Assembly (NCBI GenBank): GCA_964036045.1
Contig: OZ038378.1
Span: 9,238,001-9,302,000, forward strand
DNA from: Eutreptiella sp. 'Long Island Sound 2002'
Lineage: Eukaryota; Protista; Euglenida
Reading direction: 5' to 3'
DNA length: 64,000 bases
The notes under the pieces were generated by a model. The model did not search any database. It was not told where the DNA came from and saw only the letters and a list, made by a program, of their open reading frames with translations. Positions within the stretch are counted from its first letter, which is position 1. Each line of letters starts with the position of its first letter. Both the position numbers and the translations under genes were made by a program. Shown piece after piece: positions 1-14,136 of this stretch.

Positions 1-94
1 CCATTCATTCATGACTCCATCATAATGATGCAGACGACGGGATGAGAGGGTGGGGTATGCGATTCACAGGCCACATTGCCCCAGGGAGAGCCAC

Positions 95-2059
95 CTTTGG
101 TGCTCATCCACTCGACCACTCGGTTTTCACAAAGCATTCGCTTGCTGGACGTGGCCGTGTTCTCAATCAACCCCACCAGCCTCGGGTCCACCAAGATCTT
201 CTTCCCGGACTCTGATGGAATGTACTGCCACACCGTGTGCGCCAACTGCATCCCCTGCGTCGTCACTGTCCGGAGCAATCGGCTGTCCTTCACGCTGACA
301 ATCGTCCCAACTCCCGCCTCCAGCACTTCAACAAGCTTCTCATTGCCAGTGGCATTCTCCAATGCTACGCCGGCATTCTGCACTGCACCCACCAGAGTCT
401 CCAATGCCTTGTCTGCCCCTGAGACGGCACAAGAATACGAGCGCACAAACCAAGCCCCCAGCAACAAAGGCTGTAGAGGCCCCTGAAAAAGCAATATGGG
501 GTGAGTGGGGCAGCGGGGGCTCTTCCCACCCCTACTGCTTCCGCTGGAGGCGAGGAGGATCAGGCGGAGCGGTCACTTTGCACTAGGGGCCCCAACCATG
601 TCACACTCACCTGCACGCATGCATCCTGGACGGCCAGTGCTGCACCCCCTACAGCAGTTCAAGCCCCGAGTGAGAAGTCTGTTCAATGCAGAGCACATGG
701 AAGCGTCAGCAATGCATAAAACAGAGAGCAGGCTCATCAGTGATGGGTGTCCGGTAGCACCAGTGAGTCTGGCGTTGTTCGGTGGCCGGCACCATGCTGA
801 GCCCTGAGTCCATTGTCTGAGTCACAGCTGGGAAAGCGCGAACCCCCCCCCTCCCCCTCCCCTAGCACCCTGCACAGCCCAACGTGCTACTACAGCGCTC
901 CGCACCTCCCTATAGACTCGCACAGCGCTTGACAACCCCCACACATTCCTGCGCCACTGATACGCCTCCCGACGCACTCCTACAGCGCCCTACGCCTTCC
1001 CACGCTCTCCTACAACGCTCTAGGCCTCCAGATACATTGTCAGACAGGCATGCTGCCACCAGGGCACGACCGTGGTGCCGGGTGGAAGGGGTTTGGCCTC
1101 AGGTGGACAGCGTTTGGCTCTGAGCACCGGCACTGCAGACCGTCATACCTGCAGCCACACGCTCATCGTCCAACGTTGTTGCCAGGCTCTTGAGTCCATG
1201 GGAAAGCACCTCCCGAACGCGACTGTTCTCCAGTGCGTCCGATGTCAGCCGGAGGACGTTTGCTGCCGTACGGGTGATGAATGGGGTTTCCATCACCGTT
1301 GCACTGCAGCGCATTCCCATGGCCAAGGGGGCAGCGGCATTGTCAGCCTCCAGGGCCCGGCCCGCCAGGGAGATGGCAGGCACTGCGACTGACAGTACCC
1401 GCTCCGCCGCTTTGCCGTGCAGGATCGTCAGGACACGTGATCGGAAAGCACTCAGCTGCTCTCGGACATTGTACTCGTGCACATCAAATGGGGCCTCTTC
1501 AGGGGCATATTCCGGTGAAATTTTGCACATTCTGATCGCATAAACAGTGCCTGTGTAACGAGGCCAGGCAATACTTACGGAGCGCATGAAACGAGCCCCA
1601 GCAAGGTCTCCAGAGCAGAGAGGAGTAACATGACTACACAAAGTCTGCCACATTTGGGTCTCCAACTCGGAGAAGAGTACCGTGGCAAACCCCCGTCCCC
1701 CTTGTCCGAGCGGTAAAATGACCAAAAGATGCGGAAACAGCGCCCTATGCTTCGGACATGGCGCTGTTTGCGCGCAAGAGCACACGAGCGATACTGCAAT
1801 AGCCTTCAGCACTGAATCAGAAAGGAATGTTTGCCTCAGTCCATTGTCATTAGAAGAGAAACTGGCCTTAAGGGTCACATGCATGACCTGCCGGAGGGCA
1901 TGACAATTGGCATTGCCTTGCTGCAATCCCACTCCTGATTTGCAGAGACAAAGCCGTCGGGCTAATTGAGCTGCAACCCTCTGAATCCGGATATAGGACT
2001 CGTCATTGCCATGCGGGCTTTCTTCTCCAGAGGCTTCGCACAGCTCGGCAGAGTCTCTG
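95..2059 (-). CDS. Internal exons of an unidentified, probably alpha-helical protein; gene continues past the left edge
   Basis: Exon 95-418 has acceptor tctcag| and donor AAAG|gtggct (phase 1 at both ends). The upstream exon ends at 1149 with GCAG|gtatga (phase 1), splicing in frame to give ...ERVAA-G-ADKALETL.... That upstream frame is stop-free from about 2060 to 1149; its acceptor (about 2059 or 1934) is uncertain. No family recognised. Confidence 0.6.
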
Positions 2060-3872
2060 ATTTATGTAAGATCTGTCAGCATCAGCAAGAATTGGTGCAA
2101 GGCTGTGCAAGAGAATTAGTCACAAGAGAAGAGTAGTCCGACTGGCCCTTACTCTATCTAGGTTGGGGCCAGGCAGGAAAGGTTTGACATCCGCTTTAGG
2201 CTGTATAATGGAGCCCTTTGAGCGGCAGCAAGCAGAAGGTTCAACATGGCAAAAAAATGAGAACTCGGCCTTGGTGGTGCAGATACCACCCAAATTCTAT
2301 TGGATGGTACCTCAACTCCTTTTGGATCAATTTTCCTAATTCCTGGAACCAGACCCCTTAACTTGCCGTGCCCCATCATGGTCTTTTGTTTGGTGGGAGA
2401 GTTTGAATGTCCCTGTGCCACTTTAGGGACCTCAGGGGATTCAAATGCAAAGCACAACCAAAATCAGCGAAGTGTGCGGGAACCTCAATCTTCATCTCAG
2501 CTGACATAGAACCTTTGGCGGAAAGCTGGTGGTTGCGTGCTTGCTTTGCACAATCATCAGTGGCTCGAACAGATTCAGGACTGGCGAGCAGGTCCAAAAC
2601 TGAACATGCGGGTTTTTCTCAGATGCCTACCACCATCTTCATGATCTGTTGAAGCTTCATCATGGTCACTGCAGTGCAGCACCATTTCGCTGAAACAAGG
2701 TGGCTGCCAAAGTGCAGTCCTTTGCACCTTCTGCAGCTTGATGTGGCTGGATTTCAGATAGGGGCATTGGGGGTGGTGGGGGTGGCGGTGCATGGACTTC
2801 TACTCCGCCGACTGAAAGTGGCCCAGGGCACCAAAATTAGGGTGCAGTGCCAGATGGTTGTCAGAGTGGTTTTTAAAACAGGTTTGTGTCTTAAGCAAGG
2901 AGAGAAAACCAAACGAAGTAGCACCTGACCTTGGAGGCCCTTTGCAGTAGTGCAGGCATGAGGGTTGGGCAGTGCTCAACTGATGCCGGACCCACAGCCA
3001 GAGAAGGCTTGGGGGAATGCGGCTGCCTTCAATGTACAGTCCCAAATCCCTCACATCGCCGGCCACTGGCCAGCAGAGCAGGACCTATGGTGAGGCAATC
3101 GTTGGCGGGCTGTCCAGCCATGGTCACCTTGGTCGTGGCAATGGGCCCTAGTAGTGCAGCCATATGATCTACGTGAGAAGACACGGAGTGCCTAATGATG
3201 GCGATGATCTCAGTTTCCACTTGGTTGACAAACATGGGTGAGTCCCTGAGCTGCGATCCCTCCCCCCCCCCGAGACACACATGAAAATATGGAGAAACTG
3301 AAAAGGGGAATTTACATACACAGCACACCCCTCTTCCTGTACCCCAAACTTCAGTTTCTGGTGAAACTTCTAATTTGTTTCGTTCTAATCTGGAACTGGC
3401 TAGATTAGATTGAGTCCTCTGAAAGGCGCCAAGGGTCCCTTCAGGATGACACACAACATGACCACTGGCCACATATCCCAACCTAGACTTTCACCCAGTG
3501 CCGCCGGCTCCTCTGTTTTATGTTCCTATTCGTCCTCCTTTTGGGCAAACACTTCGTGCACACCTTTAAGGTATTGTTTAATTGGCCCCAACCCCAAATT
3601 GCTCGCAGACTGATCTGGACAACAACATGGTGTTCAACCTTGTAGAAGCTGTCCAAGAGGTCAAACCTACTAGGAGCATTGTTGTTCTATGCTTCACTAG
3701 AACTTCCGTAGGCAGCGGAGGGTGTTGGATGAGGGCTGACTGAGCCGCTTCCAAAACATTGGAGGTTCTCTGCCAATAGGCCTTCCAACGCCAACCCATC
3801 TGGCATCTATGTCTGCCTTTGAGCTCATTGTCAGGTAGCAAAAAAAATGTGAATTACAAAAGGACTCACCCA

Positions 3873-4362
3873 GGGGGAATCTTTGCACTGCGCGCTACTT
3901 TTAGACTATGTTCCCCCCGAAGAGCCCCCAAGCACACCCCTTGGAAACGCCCTTAGAATTAGGTGACCCAAACTGCCCCAGCTTTCCTCATGTACATGGA
4001 GCAACATCTCCAGGTGAATGTTCGAGGTTCATCGTTTTGCTTGTTTCTTGGCCTCTCTCTCTCTTTTCTCACGGCGCAAACGGTCAATCTCAGGCTGCAG
4101 TGTTGGCGCTTCACTGCCGCCTTCAGGGAATGGTTGGCCATCAAGCCCATGCTGGATAATTACACTTTCCTCATCCCTTGGTAAGTGGTTACCCTTGCCA
4201 AACCGCAAGACTTGCTCAATCACCTTTGGCGCACCCGTGACAGGTTGCTCCGGATACTTTGGGCGCTCCTTGCGGGCCCCTAGTATCTCAAAGTATGGGT
4301 TTCTAGTACGGCCAGACGCCCAAATAGTTGCACGGCGCGCGCACTGCGCTTAAGGCTCCCCC
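3873..4362. mobile_element. Non-autonomous element, GGGGG...CCCCC family, copy 1
   Basis: Left ~110 bp (GGGGGAATCTTTGCACTGCGCGCTACTTTTAGACTATG...) nearly identical to 38415 onward. Right ~70 bp (...TAGTACGGCCAGACGCCCAAATAGTTGCAC..CGCGCGCACTGCGCTTAAGGCTCCCCC) shared with the other copies. Flanks cca/cga, an imperfect 3-bp TSD. Confidence 0.85.
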
Positions 4363-4369
4363 CGAGGAT

Positions 4370-4960
4370 GATATTTATGGCATTGATGTCAGAGGATGAT
4401 GTGCAACACTTCCTTTCCTACAATACTACACTACAAGCCATTCAGTGGGTGGGGGCCATTTTTCCACGGCAAGCAACGTCACTTTGCCGCCAGTTTGCAA
4501 GAGCCACGATAGACTGGATGGTCATCCGGCGGAAAAGTCAACCAGGTTCACTTTGGATTAAACCCCAAAATACCCACCATAGGTGCTCCAAACCCCAGCA
4601 AGAAAAAGCGCTTGAATGCGTGTTCTTGAATAGTGTAACTACTACCTTAACGGTCCTGGCAAATTCAAGATTGTGTGGTCCACAAAACCAACATTTTCCT
4701 ACCATCACCTTGTGTTTCGCTGGATGGGGCTCCTTTTTTGGAATTATGAAAGGCCGTGCTGTATTCTGAATAACCTACGCACAATTAGATGTCTGCCCTT
4801 GATTACCAACAACAATTTTGTTGTGTTCAGCAAAATATTGTTCAACTGAACATCATTTGCCTGTCGTTGGACAGTTAGGCATTGCTGAGCGAACCAGGGC
4901 CTTCACCAAAGCCAACAGAGTTCTGCGTTGCACTGTTATCAAATAGAAGGCTGGTGATTT
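4370..4960 (-). pseudogene. Possible decayed non-LTR retrotransposon RT fragment
   Basis: Stop-riddled minus frame contains TARPFIIPKK...HKVMVGKCW, loosely like the RT motif IPK...RPI.VG. Weak match. Confidence 0.2.
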
Positions 4961-5560
4961 CCTGCCTCTTTCGCGCCCAATCAGACCACAATAGGCAGTA
5001 ATGGATCAAGCCCTGGTATGGCAAACGCTTTTGGTGATGACCCTGACCAACTCAAACATTGGCAGCAGGGACCATTGATGCTAAACTGTCCTGGGCAGAG
5101 CCCAGCATAGGACTTTGTAAAGCGGCCTCCATCAAGGTGGAATTACTCACCCATGGTGGCAACTTATGACCTGCTCGTCCAATGCTTGGTGGACCGTGGA
5201 CATACGCTAAGCACATGCGAATCACCACCTGAGTCCCCCTCCCCCCCATGGAGGACAGCCCTGCCCCATCCCCATCTGTTTTGCCGATGCAGCACACAGT
5301 CACACAGCTGCCACGAATTCTCGTAAAGGGCAGACACACTACATTTTCTTGCTTCTGGCACATGTGTCTTGCACTTCTTCTGTTGACACCGCGCCTGAGG
5401 AGCAGAGTCACCAAATACTACCAAATACAGCCATGCCACATACATCACATATGCCCTGCCAGCACCCAGCACGGCACTGGCACCCCCCCCCCCCGCCTCC
5501 TATGCATACTTCCAGGGCCTTAACCTCCGTCCCTTTTATCCCTGTGCTCTTGCTGATTGT

Positions 5561-5640
5561 CATACACCATTCAACGATGCATGGCTCTCACACAGCCATG
5601 CATACACCATTCAACGATGCATGGCTCTCACACAGCCATG
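5561..5640. repeat. Perfect 40-bp tandem duplication
   Basis: catacaccattcaacgatgcatggctctcacacagccatg occurs twice back to back. Confidence 0.95.
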
Positions 5641-5699
5641 GTCAATTCATCAGATCTCTGGGGGCTGAAAAATGGCGCAAGGAAATACGCGCAGGGCAA

Positions 5700-6650
5700 A
5701 GATGTCATTCGAAACGGAAGAAAGAAAGCGAAGGGATGTTTGCCAATGCCATTCCCTGAGTGATATGTCATTCCAATCTTCCGTCGGTACGTTGGGGTTG
5801 TGACCCCCCTTTGCAACCAACCTCCTCCAGCCGATTCAAGAATAACACCATCCCCGTGGTTAGACCCTGGCCTCAATGAAGCCCAGCGCTCTTTTCGACT
5901 TGTCATGAAGAGCAGGAGTGCAGTGGACTTATGTACAGGTTTCTTTGGACCTCACAAGCAGGTCACATGCAGCATCCCCAACGACTTGAAGAGATGTATG
6001 ACATGTGAAAAGCGTGAGGAGAAAGTGTGAGGCACAATTAGCATGCGAATAAGTATATCACTTTGCCAACTCGTCTCCTTGCACCCGTTTTGCTGTGTGT
6101 GGCTGTGTGTGGCTGTGTGCTGTGTGGCTCTCTTTGCCTGTGTGTGCCTGTGTCTGTGTATCAGTGTTAGATATGTTTGAATCAGTGGGACCATCTCAGA
6201 TCCCCACCTATACTCTCCCTGTTTGTCCGTGAAGGTGCCCCTCACAGAAAAAAAGAGATCCGTTTTTGAGCTGAAAAGCCTGTCACGCAGCACAAAAGGC
6301 ATGGCAACAGATAGAGGCACATGAAAAGAAGAGGAAATGAGGGTTTCTTTTCCATTACACCAACAGTTTGGTGGGGCTGGCAAAACGGAATTGAACAGTG
6401 GACTGTTTCACCCTTTTTCGTGGGGGTGCCATCGCCATGGGTAGCGCTGTACGTTGGACAGGGTTCTGAGGAGATGTACGAACTGTGGCTTACGGTTGGC
6501 CCCTATGGAAGAGTAAACTGAAATTGCCTCCCAAAACTTCGTAGCATCTGAGCCCACCTCTGTAGATGGCATTTATCCAAACTCCTGCCGCACTGTGGAA
6601 CCGCCCCCCGTTCTGTGAAAAGCACAACATCTAGACACATGGCAGAATGA
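5700..6650 (-). pseudogene. Probable highly decayed LINE-type reverse transcriptase relic
   Basis: Across shifting frames, in the expected order: HSAAGVWINAIY (like KSAPGPDG), AMAPPRK...QFRFASPTK (like IPK...YRPISL), FSHVIHLFKSLG (like H..L...L..G), WLQRGV (like RGV.QG). Every motif is degenerate. Confidence 0.3.
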
Positions 6651-9600
6651 ATTTCTCATGACATATGATCAGAACTTGTTGCATCCAGTGATTTTGCTTC
6701 CAAGAACAAGCAAACGTTTGGCCACAGGATGCGAGAAGGACTCCCAATGCCCAGAAGATGAACTTCGCCAAAAGCAAACTTCATGCCTCCACTGTTGCTT
6801 TGCATCGGTACAGAACGAGAAGGAGAGCCAAAATTGAAAAGATTTCCTGTAGTTGAGTCAAGAGGGCAGACGGAGCCATGCGTCACACGTCATGTGCCAG
6901 CAACTTGCGTCTGTTATCGCCAGTAGGCCACAGGCTCGTGAAAAGAAAGCAGGTGGGGCAAGGGGATGGCAATGACCAACATCTGAGGTATCAAAGATGG
7001 CTCCTGAAACGAGATCCCTGGCCTTTGCACACGGGCCTCCTGCGCATACAGCGGCTGTTTGGAAAACAGATGTGGAGGCGGGTTCCCATTCACTTGACAT
7101 CGGCGAGCGTGGAATTGGTGTTGCAGAGAGAGTTCAGCGGGCCATAGGTCAGAGCCAAAACGTTCCTCGACAGCTTTTTGAAAAAGCAACAAGCCAATAA
7201 CGCGCTGTGAATTATAACTGTGGAAGACGGTCATGGGTGCGGTGTCGGAAATTTGGGTGGCTTGAAGTCACATGTGGCGCAGGGGCAACACTGATCAAAC
7301 TTGGATCCCATGCTTCGGCAAAGCCAAGCTTACCCATTTCAAGCAGGTAATTTGCCCCGGGTTCCCAAGCAGACCATCTACACCACGTTTGCAGGACCGG
7401 CACTCCAAGGCACAGTGTTGTTGCAAGCAAATGCAACTCTTGCATGCACAACCCAGCACCTTTTTCCGAATCACAATGGGCCCACTGGCCATCTAAGCTT
7501 CTGCGCCACACAAACCGTGGTCAAAAAACAATGGTCAGATAAGGTGGTCGTGCTTCAGACCAAGGTGTGGATTGCACAAGGGGACCGGGGCGGAGGGGGA
7601 CCTTAAGTGCTGTGCGAAAAATAAGGGTGTCTAAGGGTGGAACAGGTGTGCATCCGTGGGGCCGGGGAGCAAAAGGGGGGGCATGCATGACACGAGGTCG
7701 CCCTCCCCCATTTCCGGGTGGAACGGTAATCGCCAAGAGTATCCGGTCCAAACCATTTTTTCAACCGCTCCGACCTCTTTCCGAAGCGCCCCTGACATCC
7801 TGCTCTTGCCCTGTCCCGTTCCAATCCATCCCTGGGGGGATATCACGTTATGGGCCTGATGAGGCCAATGTGCCATCACTCGTGCATGGGAGGGCCATTG
7901 GTGGTTTAAGGAGCGGGTTACCCCGCACTCCAAGCCTCTACACTTCCCCTGTGAAACAGGCTATGAGAGAGTGACCTTCGGAAAAACTCCACCTATTTTG
8001 TCGGTGTCCAGAGGCCCTCTGCAAAGTCCCAACTTCACCCATCCCCGGCTGGTGGAGGAGCTGCCAGCGGGGAAAATGGGGTGCTGGGGAACCACAGTGA
8101 CGCATATTGAGTCAGGAGATCAGCATGCGTTGGAGGAAATGGACCTTCAGAGCGCTGAAGACCGCAGGGGCCACCAGCTGAGGCCAGTGTGTGGGGATGG
8201 GGACTGCAGCAGCACCCAACTGAACAAGATGCATGCTTAGTCCTGTGCTTGAACCTTCAATCATACTGTCATATTGCGGTGTCCATGCGGATTGCCACTG
8301 AACCTGGTTCACCACCGCCGACGGGATTTCACAGCTGCAACAAGTGCAAGCACTTTGATTGATACAAACACCGCGGACTGAACATATTCATGTGGATCCC
8401 ATGACAACAAAGACAAGAAGATGCCTGCTTCACCCCTGCCATGTTTCATCCCTGCTGTGCTTCAGCCGCTGCAAAACCAGAACCCTGCTGAACTGCAGCC
8501 CTGCTGAAATTTGCCCTGCTGAGCGTCAGCCGTGCTGTACCTCACCCCTGCTGAGCCTCAGCTGCCGTGCCTCAGCCCTGCAACAAGTCAGCCCTGCTGA
8601 ACCTCAGCCCTCCTGCACTTCAGCCCAGGCTCAGTCTCAATTGTACTATGCCTCACGCCTGTTGTATCTCAGCCCTGGTACGCCGTCGTGTTGCCATTGT
8701 AGAAGTCTTCCTTTTCCTTGTCAGTCTTGTCATACGTATCCGAAAGGCGCATCACCCTCGCTCCCCACTGCGGTCGCTGGCTTGAGGCTGGGCGATCTGT
8801 CGCTGGCTTCGGGGCGCTCTGTGACAAATTGGGTCAAGGGCAACTTCTGCTGGACTGGTCTGCCCCTTTGCAACGTGCACTTATGCAGTAAACGGCAGCA
8901 CGTGGTGTGTCGGGGAGGAGAGTGGCTTCGTGCAGCGACCACAGTGTATCCAACAGCAACTTGGGGCACCGAACCGAAACCGCAACGGACTTGCAGCTCC
9001 AACGAGGGGATACGCCAACGTCCAGCAGCTCAAACAATTCAGTGGGTTTCAATCCGACACACAACTTTACGCGATGAATTTTCATCCAGGGACAGACTTC
9101 ATAATCCTTTCCCTTGGGTTGAAATGATGCTCCATTCCTTGGTAATTCTGGTGACATCCCAAACCAGAACGTCCCAAACAGGCCACTGCTTCGCGACGTG
9201 TCGTTTGCGTGACCGACTTTTGTTGGTCAGGTTCATTTGCATCTGTTGGGGGTCAGATTGGAATGTTCGTCGCACCACTCATCACTGCCCCGGTGGCCCA
9301 CCAGACCACATTGCAGAAATTGTCTCCGGGGGAAATGCCGGACATTTCAGGCTAATTTGGGCATGACAGCTTTTTTGGGGTCCCCTTCGGGGGTCAGACA
9401 CAGGGAACATCAATCACAATGGATCACGAAGGCTCGCCGCAACATGATGACACCACCTGCAAATTTCCTTCACTTCGACCGTGCCTGCCTATCCACATGT
9501 GCCGAAAACTGACGCCAAACAGCGTCCAGACAGATTTCCATGCAAAATGCCGCGAGGCTCAAACGGCTCCAATAGCTAACTCCTCGAGGCAATGAGTTGG

Positions 9601-12600
9601 ACATCAAGCGCTGGTGTCCATTTGCTGTGGAGCTTCTCTAATAATTCTCAGTTACGTACGGACAACTGTATAAATCCAACAACACCTCCTGATACTTGCC
9701 TCCCTGCTGCCAATACTGTTACCCCTTTGTGGGCTTTCTGTTGAAAACGAGAACTCCGTTGGCCCCGGAATTGCCTGCGCAGTCCAAAATACATTGTGAG
9801 AACCACATCTCAAAGAAAGTAGAGGGCCAGAGGGCCAGTAACAGGAGACAGCTGCGGTATGAACTCGTTGGAGAGTGCACGAAGGCACATGGGGCTGGCC
9901 CAGCATATGCCCACCAGTTTTGTTTGGAAGTGGGAAGTGAGGAGGACGAAATTGATCTGAAAAAAGGCAGGCGAAACGTCTTTTCAGTCGTTGAGGAGAC
10001 AACAGCAAGAACTAGTCGACAAAACGCCGGGGGGGGGGGGGGGCACCGAAAGAGGAAGCAACGCCTTCAACACGCTGTGATGAGTTTCGGAATGATGCAG
10101 CACTGATCCCGCCTCCCGTTAGCGCAGGTCAGGCATCATGCAAATGCCCTCAAGAGTGCAAGAAGTGGATGAGTGGACAGGGGAAGATGGTTTGACGCAA
10201 AGCATCAGCCCCATGCCAACACGAAGACCAGCACGGTCGCGCACCTGCTGCTGCTGTGGCTGCGGGCTCCCTTGCGTCTGCGGTGCACTTGGGACATAAT
10301 TCAAAGGATTCGCCCATGTGCCGGCCCAACTGACCCATCCCCAGAGTCCAGCACCATCGGATTGTGGAGGGTTGGCAGGTTTGGACTGTGCCACCTGATA
10401 ACATGCAGCGCAATTGGATGCAAGTTTGGAAGGTGCACGCCGAGTGAGGATGGCAAAACTGGAAGCCCGACCACAAATGCAGCCAAAGAACGCTTTTTTA
10501 TGACCTATAAAAAAAAGCAATGGGGCTGTCCGGAAGCTAGCTCATAGCCAGCCTGAAGGGCCGGTCCGAATTTTCTGAGGAAATGGCTGGTGCGCCAGGC
10601 AGGAAGCCGGTTAGCCAGAAATACGTCGGTTGGGTATGGAGTGTGTTTACTATCAAAACAACAATGCCTGTCCTCGAGAAATGCCCTGTGGGACATCCGG
10701 AATCCCAACAAATCATGTCACCACACATGGAAGTCGGTCAAGTGGGAGTTGCTGGAGCGCTATGTCCGTCACCAAGCGGCATTTGCTGCAATGAATGGGC
10801 ACCTACAGACCCATAACGAGGAAGAAGACCCCAACGAGTACGAGGGCCCACTTCTTTTGAATGTATCCAGCCTCTACTTTCTCCAGATCTCAATGCCCAG
10901 CTGTTGGGCCTAAGCCAGTTTTCTCTGCATACCCTTGTGTCACTCTGCCAAATGGGCCAATGGTAGTCAGAAAAGGCATTCACCACAACCTGACACACTC
11001 CGAACAGGGGTGAACAGTGGCAGACTACATCCCCTCTACAACATCCTCTCCTCCTGTGCTTTGCCACAGGCGCCTACAGTGAGGCACCGTGTGAGTAACC
11101 ATGAGTGTCATCTGGCCCCGGCAAGGAAAAAGGGCACATTGATACATCTGTTGGATACCTTCTGAGGAGGCGCAGCGGACTGGGTGCAAATGCACACCTT
11201 CCTAGTGTGATAAATTGAACTTGTGTACAAAAAAATCTTCCGTGCGAGGAATTTTTGTTGCGGTAAGGTTGACTAATTTTTTTTGCAGTTGTTTGAAAGG
11301 AAAATCGGAATACTTCCCAAAAAAAAATTGTTGGTGCACGTAATTTTTTTTGTGGTAAGGTCCTGTAATATTTTTTTCATGTAAAAGCAAGTACAACTTT
11401 TTTTTTCAAAATAATACCTCTTTTTTTTTCTTGCATTGTGCACAATTGCCGGTTCCGTACGGCGCCCTATAGCGACCTTAACGATGGGGCGTTGAGTCCA
11501 AAAAACACAAAATACTCTGTGTGGCCACCAATTAATTGGGACTCCGCCAATGTGGAGGTCCAATGGAGGTTTTTGTGGAGGTAGGACAGGGCGACTTGTG
11601 GTGGAGTAGCACAACCTTCCGAGCTACCAAAGAGCATTAGGTAGCTTATACACTCCACTAGAAAAGGGCAACATTTTTCACACACCACCTTTGGTGCACC
11701 AAATAGGAGGAGAAACTGCAAGAACGTGAAACGCCTGCACATAGTGCACACTACGGAATGCACGTTTGTAGATGAGATCAGTCTTTGAATCGGAGGACTT
11801 GGGCTTTGCACCAAGAAGGGCCACGGACAATTTCAAAGGGGTGGCTGAGACTCATACCCCTCCTACCTCACCCTCCAGCACCCAAGTTCAGGGCGCACTT
11901 TCTGAGACCCAAGACAATGTCCAAGCAAGCCCCACCCCACTAGAAGGCAAGGATGCCTACTCCAAGCGAAGCATGGAAGCCTCAGAGTCCAAGGGGCAAC
12001 TTGCCATGGCCACTCCTACCATAGAGGAGGACAACCATCAACACCCCACATGCCGGATTGTGACCCCAAAAATACATCCGGCTAGCTGGAGTGTGATCAG
12101 CAGTTCATCAGTGAGCTGACCATGCGGCCGAAAAGTAAGTTGTATGAGGCGGAGCACCGAATGCTCCGCATAGAGCGATCAACATTGACGATGCTCAACA
12201 CATAGTTCACAAAGCCTAGAAGCATTGGGGTGGCGCACATCTACAAAGGAACCACGGTGTTCAACTACCTGGTTTGTGATGTGTAGGCTCTAAAGACCAG
12301 AAGACCAACCGCCCTTTTCAAATACCAAGGCCCAGTGCTTGGTCATAAAATCAAGCTGCTTGAGCTCCGCTAAGAAAAGGCATACCAAAGCAGTTGAGCT
12401 CAAGGGCCCCCAAACCCAAACTGGGAGACGGTCCAACCAGATACAACAATTCATCCCGGGATCCCCAAAGCGAGGACGAAATCAAAAATAGCTACATAAC
12501 CTCTAGTGTCTTGAGGACCCACATGTGGGCAAAAACGACTACATAATCCCTACTGTCTTGGGGGTTCCCAAAGCGGGGACGAAATAGGAAAGGGTGAGTG

Positions 12601-12619
12601 GCCACCATTTTTTTTCACT

Positions 12620-12960
12620 TTCAGTACAAGTGATTTTTTGGGCAGCAAACGCAAGTACCAAAAAATTGTATGCTATGTAATTTCTTCATTGCAATAAACG
12701 CGACTACAAAAAAAATTGTAAATCGTGTAATTTTGTTTGCGGTAAACACAAGAACAAAAATTTTGAAAACATGGGTCATTTGTTGATGCAGTAAACACAT
12801 GAGGAACAAATTGTATGTTGTGTGATCTTTTCTGTTGTAAATGCGAATACAAAAAAATTGTACGGTTGAGTCGTTCTTTTTTCCGGTAAATGCGAGTACC
12901 CAGTTTTGTGTCCACATTTTCTGCAAAAAAAATTCTGGGACTGTGTGATTTTCGTGTACT
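12620..12960. repeat. Degenerate AT-rich minisatellite, ~48-bp unit
   Basis: GTAAA(C/T)RCGA.TACAAAAAAATTGTA-like units; anchors at about 12742, 12791, 12837 and 12885. Confidence 0.6.
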
Positions 12961-14136
12961 CGCGTGCAAATACACCACTTACAACATATACCTTCCTGGT
13001 TGATGCCAAACTTCACCTATCCTCCCATCTACCTTGCAAAGAACGCGTTGATGCCGTAGCGTTTTGGTCGGCTGCGTGCCCGCGATGCTACTAGAACAAC
13101 CAACAGTTGATTCAGATGTTCTCAACATTACTTGTCGGGTTTCGTGCAAAAACAAACATTTGTTGTCAGTAGATTGCGCAATATCCGAACCCAACTTTGC
13201 TTTTTGAAATGCGACCATCTCAATGGGTGCAGCCATTGACAGGAAGTAGAAGAAAATAGCAGATGGGAGGGGTGTTCAAAGCGCTTCTAAAAGGAAGGCA
13301 GGGACTGGGAACCCTAGAGATGTGTCCCAAAAATGGCCTGGGAATGGGGCGTACCATCCATGAATGCAGCATCTAGACTGAGCATCAAATACTAGTGCAC
13401 TGAAATGGGGAGTTGGAGGGAGTGGGGGTGTCCCTGCCCTTTCTTGCTAGATGTCCAATTCCCAAGCAGGCACAAACGGTCCTCAAGAAAAAAATTGCTG
13501 TGCTACTGCATGCGGCAGCGTGCTGCGGCATGCTGCAGCATGTTTCAAGCTGTAGGTGGGGGTAACCCAATTTTCCAAAAGCTGCAAAGGTGGCCACAGT
13601 TTCAGGGGCATCGTCCAGAACCTGAACCATATCAATGAGAAACTGTTTGAAAGGCACAAAACAACCTCTCCAATACATATACGCCAAAAAAAACCGCAGT
13701 CCAGCGCACAACACTCTTAACCGGCAAAGGGTTCTCCTTCTCATGCCGCTCTTTGACGTCACCTGACAGCTGTTCATGGACAAGAGAGCAAGGAGCAAAT
13801 TTCAGTGTGCCGCAGCATGCTGCGGCTTTCTCCACCTGTTGGCGCCTGTTCCCAAGCCATGATCCTCCCCAAAAAAGCCCATCGGCGACACCGTTACTAT
13901 CTGTCGGTCAAATATTAGCAGTTCCACTCATCCAGTCAATGAATACTTGTGGGATGGTCAACAACAACCATTCAGAAGAACAGAGGCGAAACACAGCAAC
14001 CCAACCCCTCCAGGGCCACTCCTGCAGACGCCTACTACGCCCCAGCAACAGCACAACCTGCACCACCTAAAAAGTGTTGTTCCAAAGCCATTACCACTCC
14101 ACCAGAACAGATCAGGTGCACTGCACGTATGTGAGG

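Noticed and set aside
1551-1680. Possible 28-nt and 47-nt GT-AG mini-introns (one with a GTAAGT donor) flanking a 55-nt exon
   Set aside because: The unspliced frame is fully open and protein-like; cannot be decided without transcripts.
2060-2457. Four TAA/TAG stops in frame with the left-edge gene, suggesting TAR-to-Gln reassignment
   Set aside because: None of the confidently reconstructed exons (over 1000 codons) contains an in-frame TAA or TAG; intron or decay is the simpler explanation.
8359-9366. 335-aa plus-strand ORF
   Set aside because: Driven partly by CAGCCCTGCTGA low-complexity repeats; no motifs or splice support.
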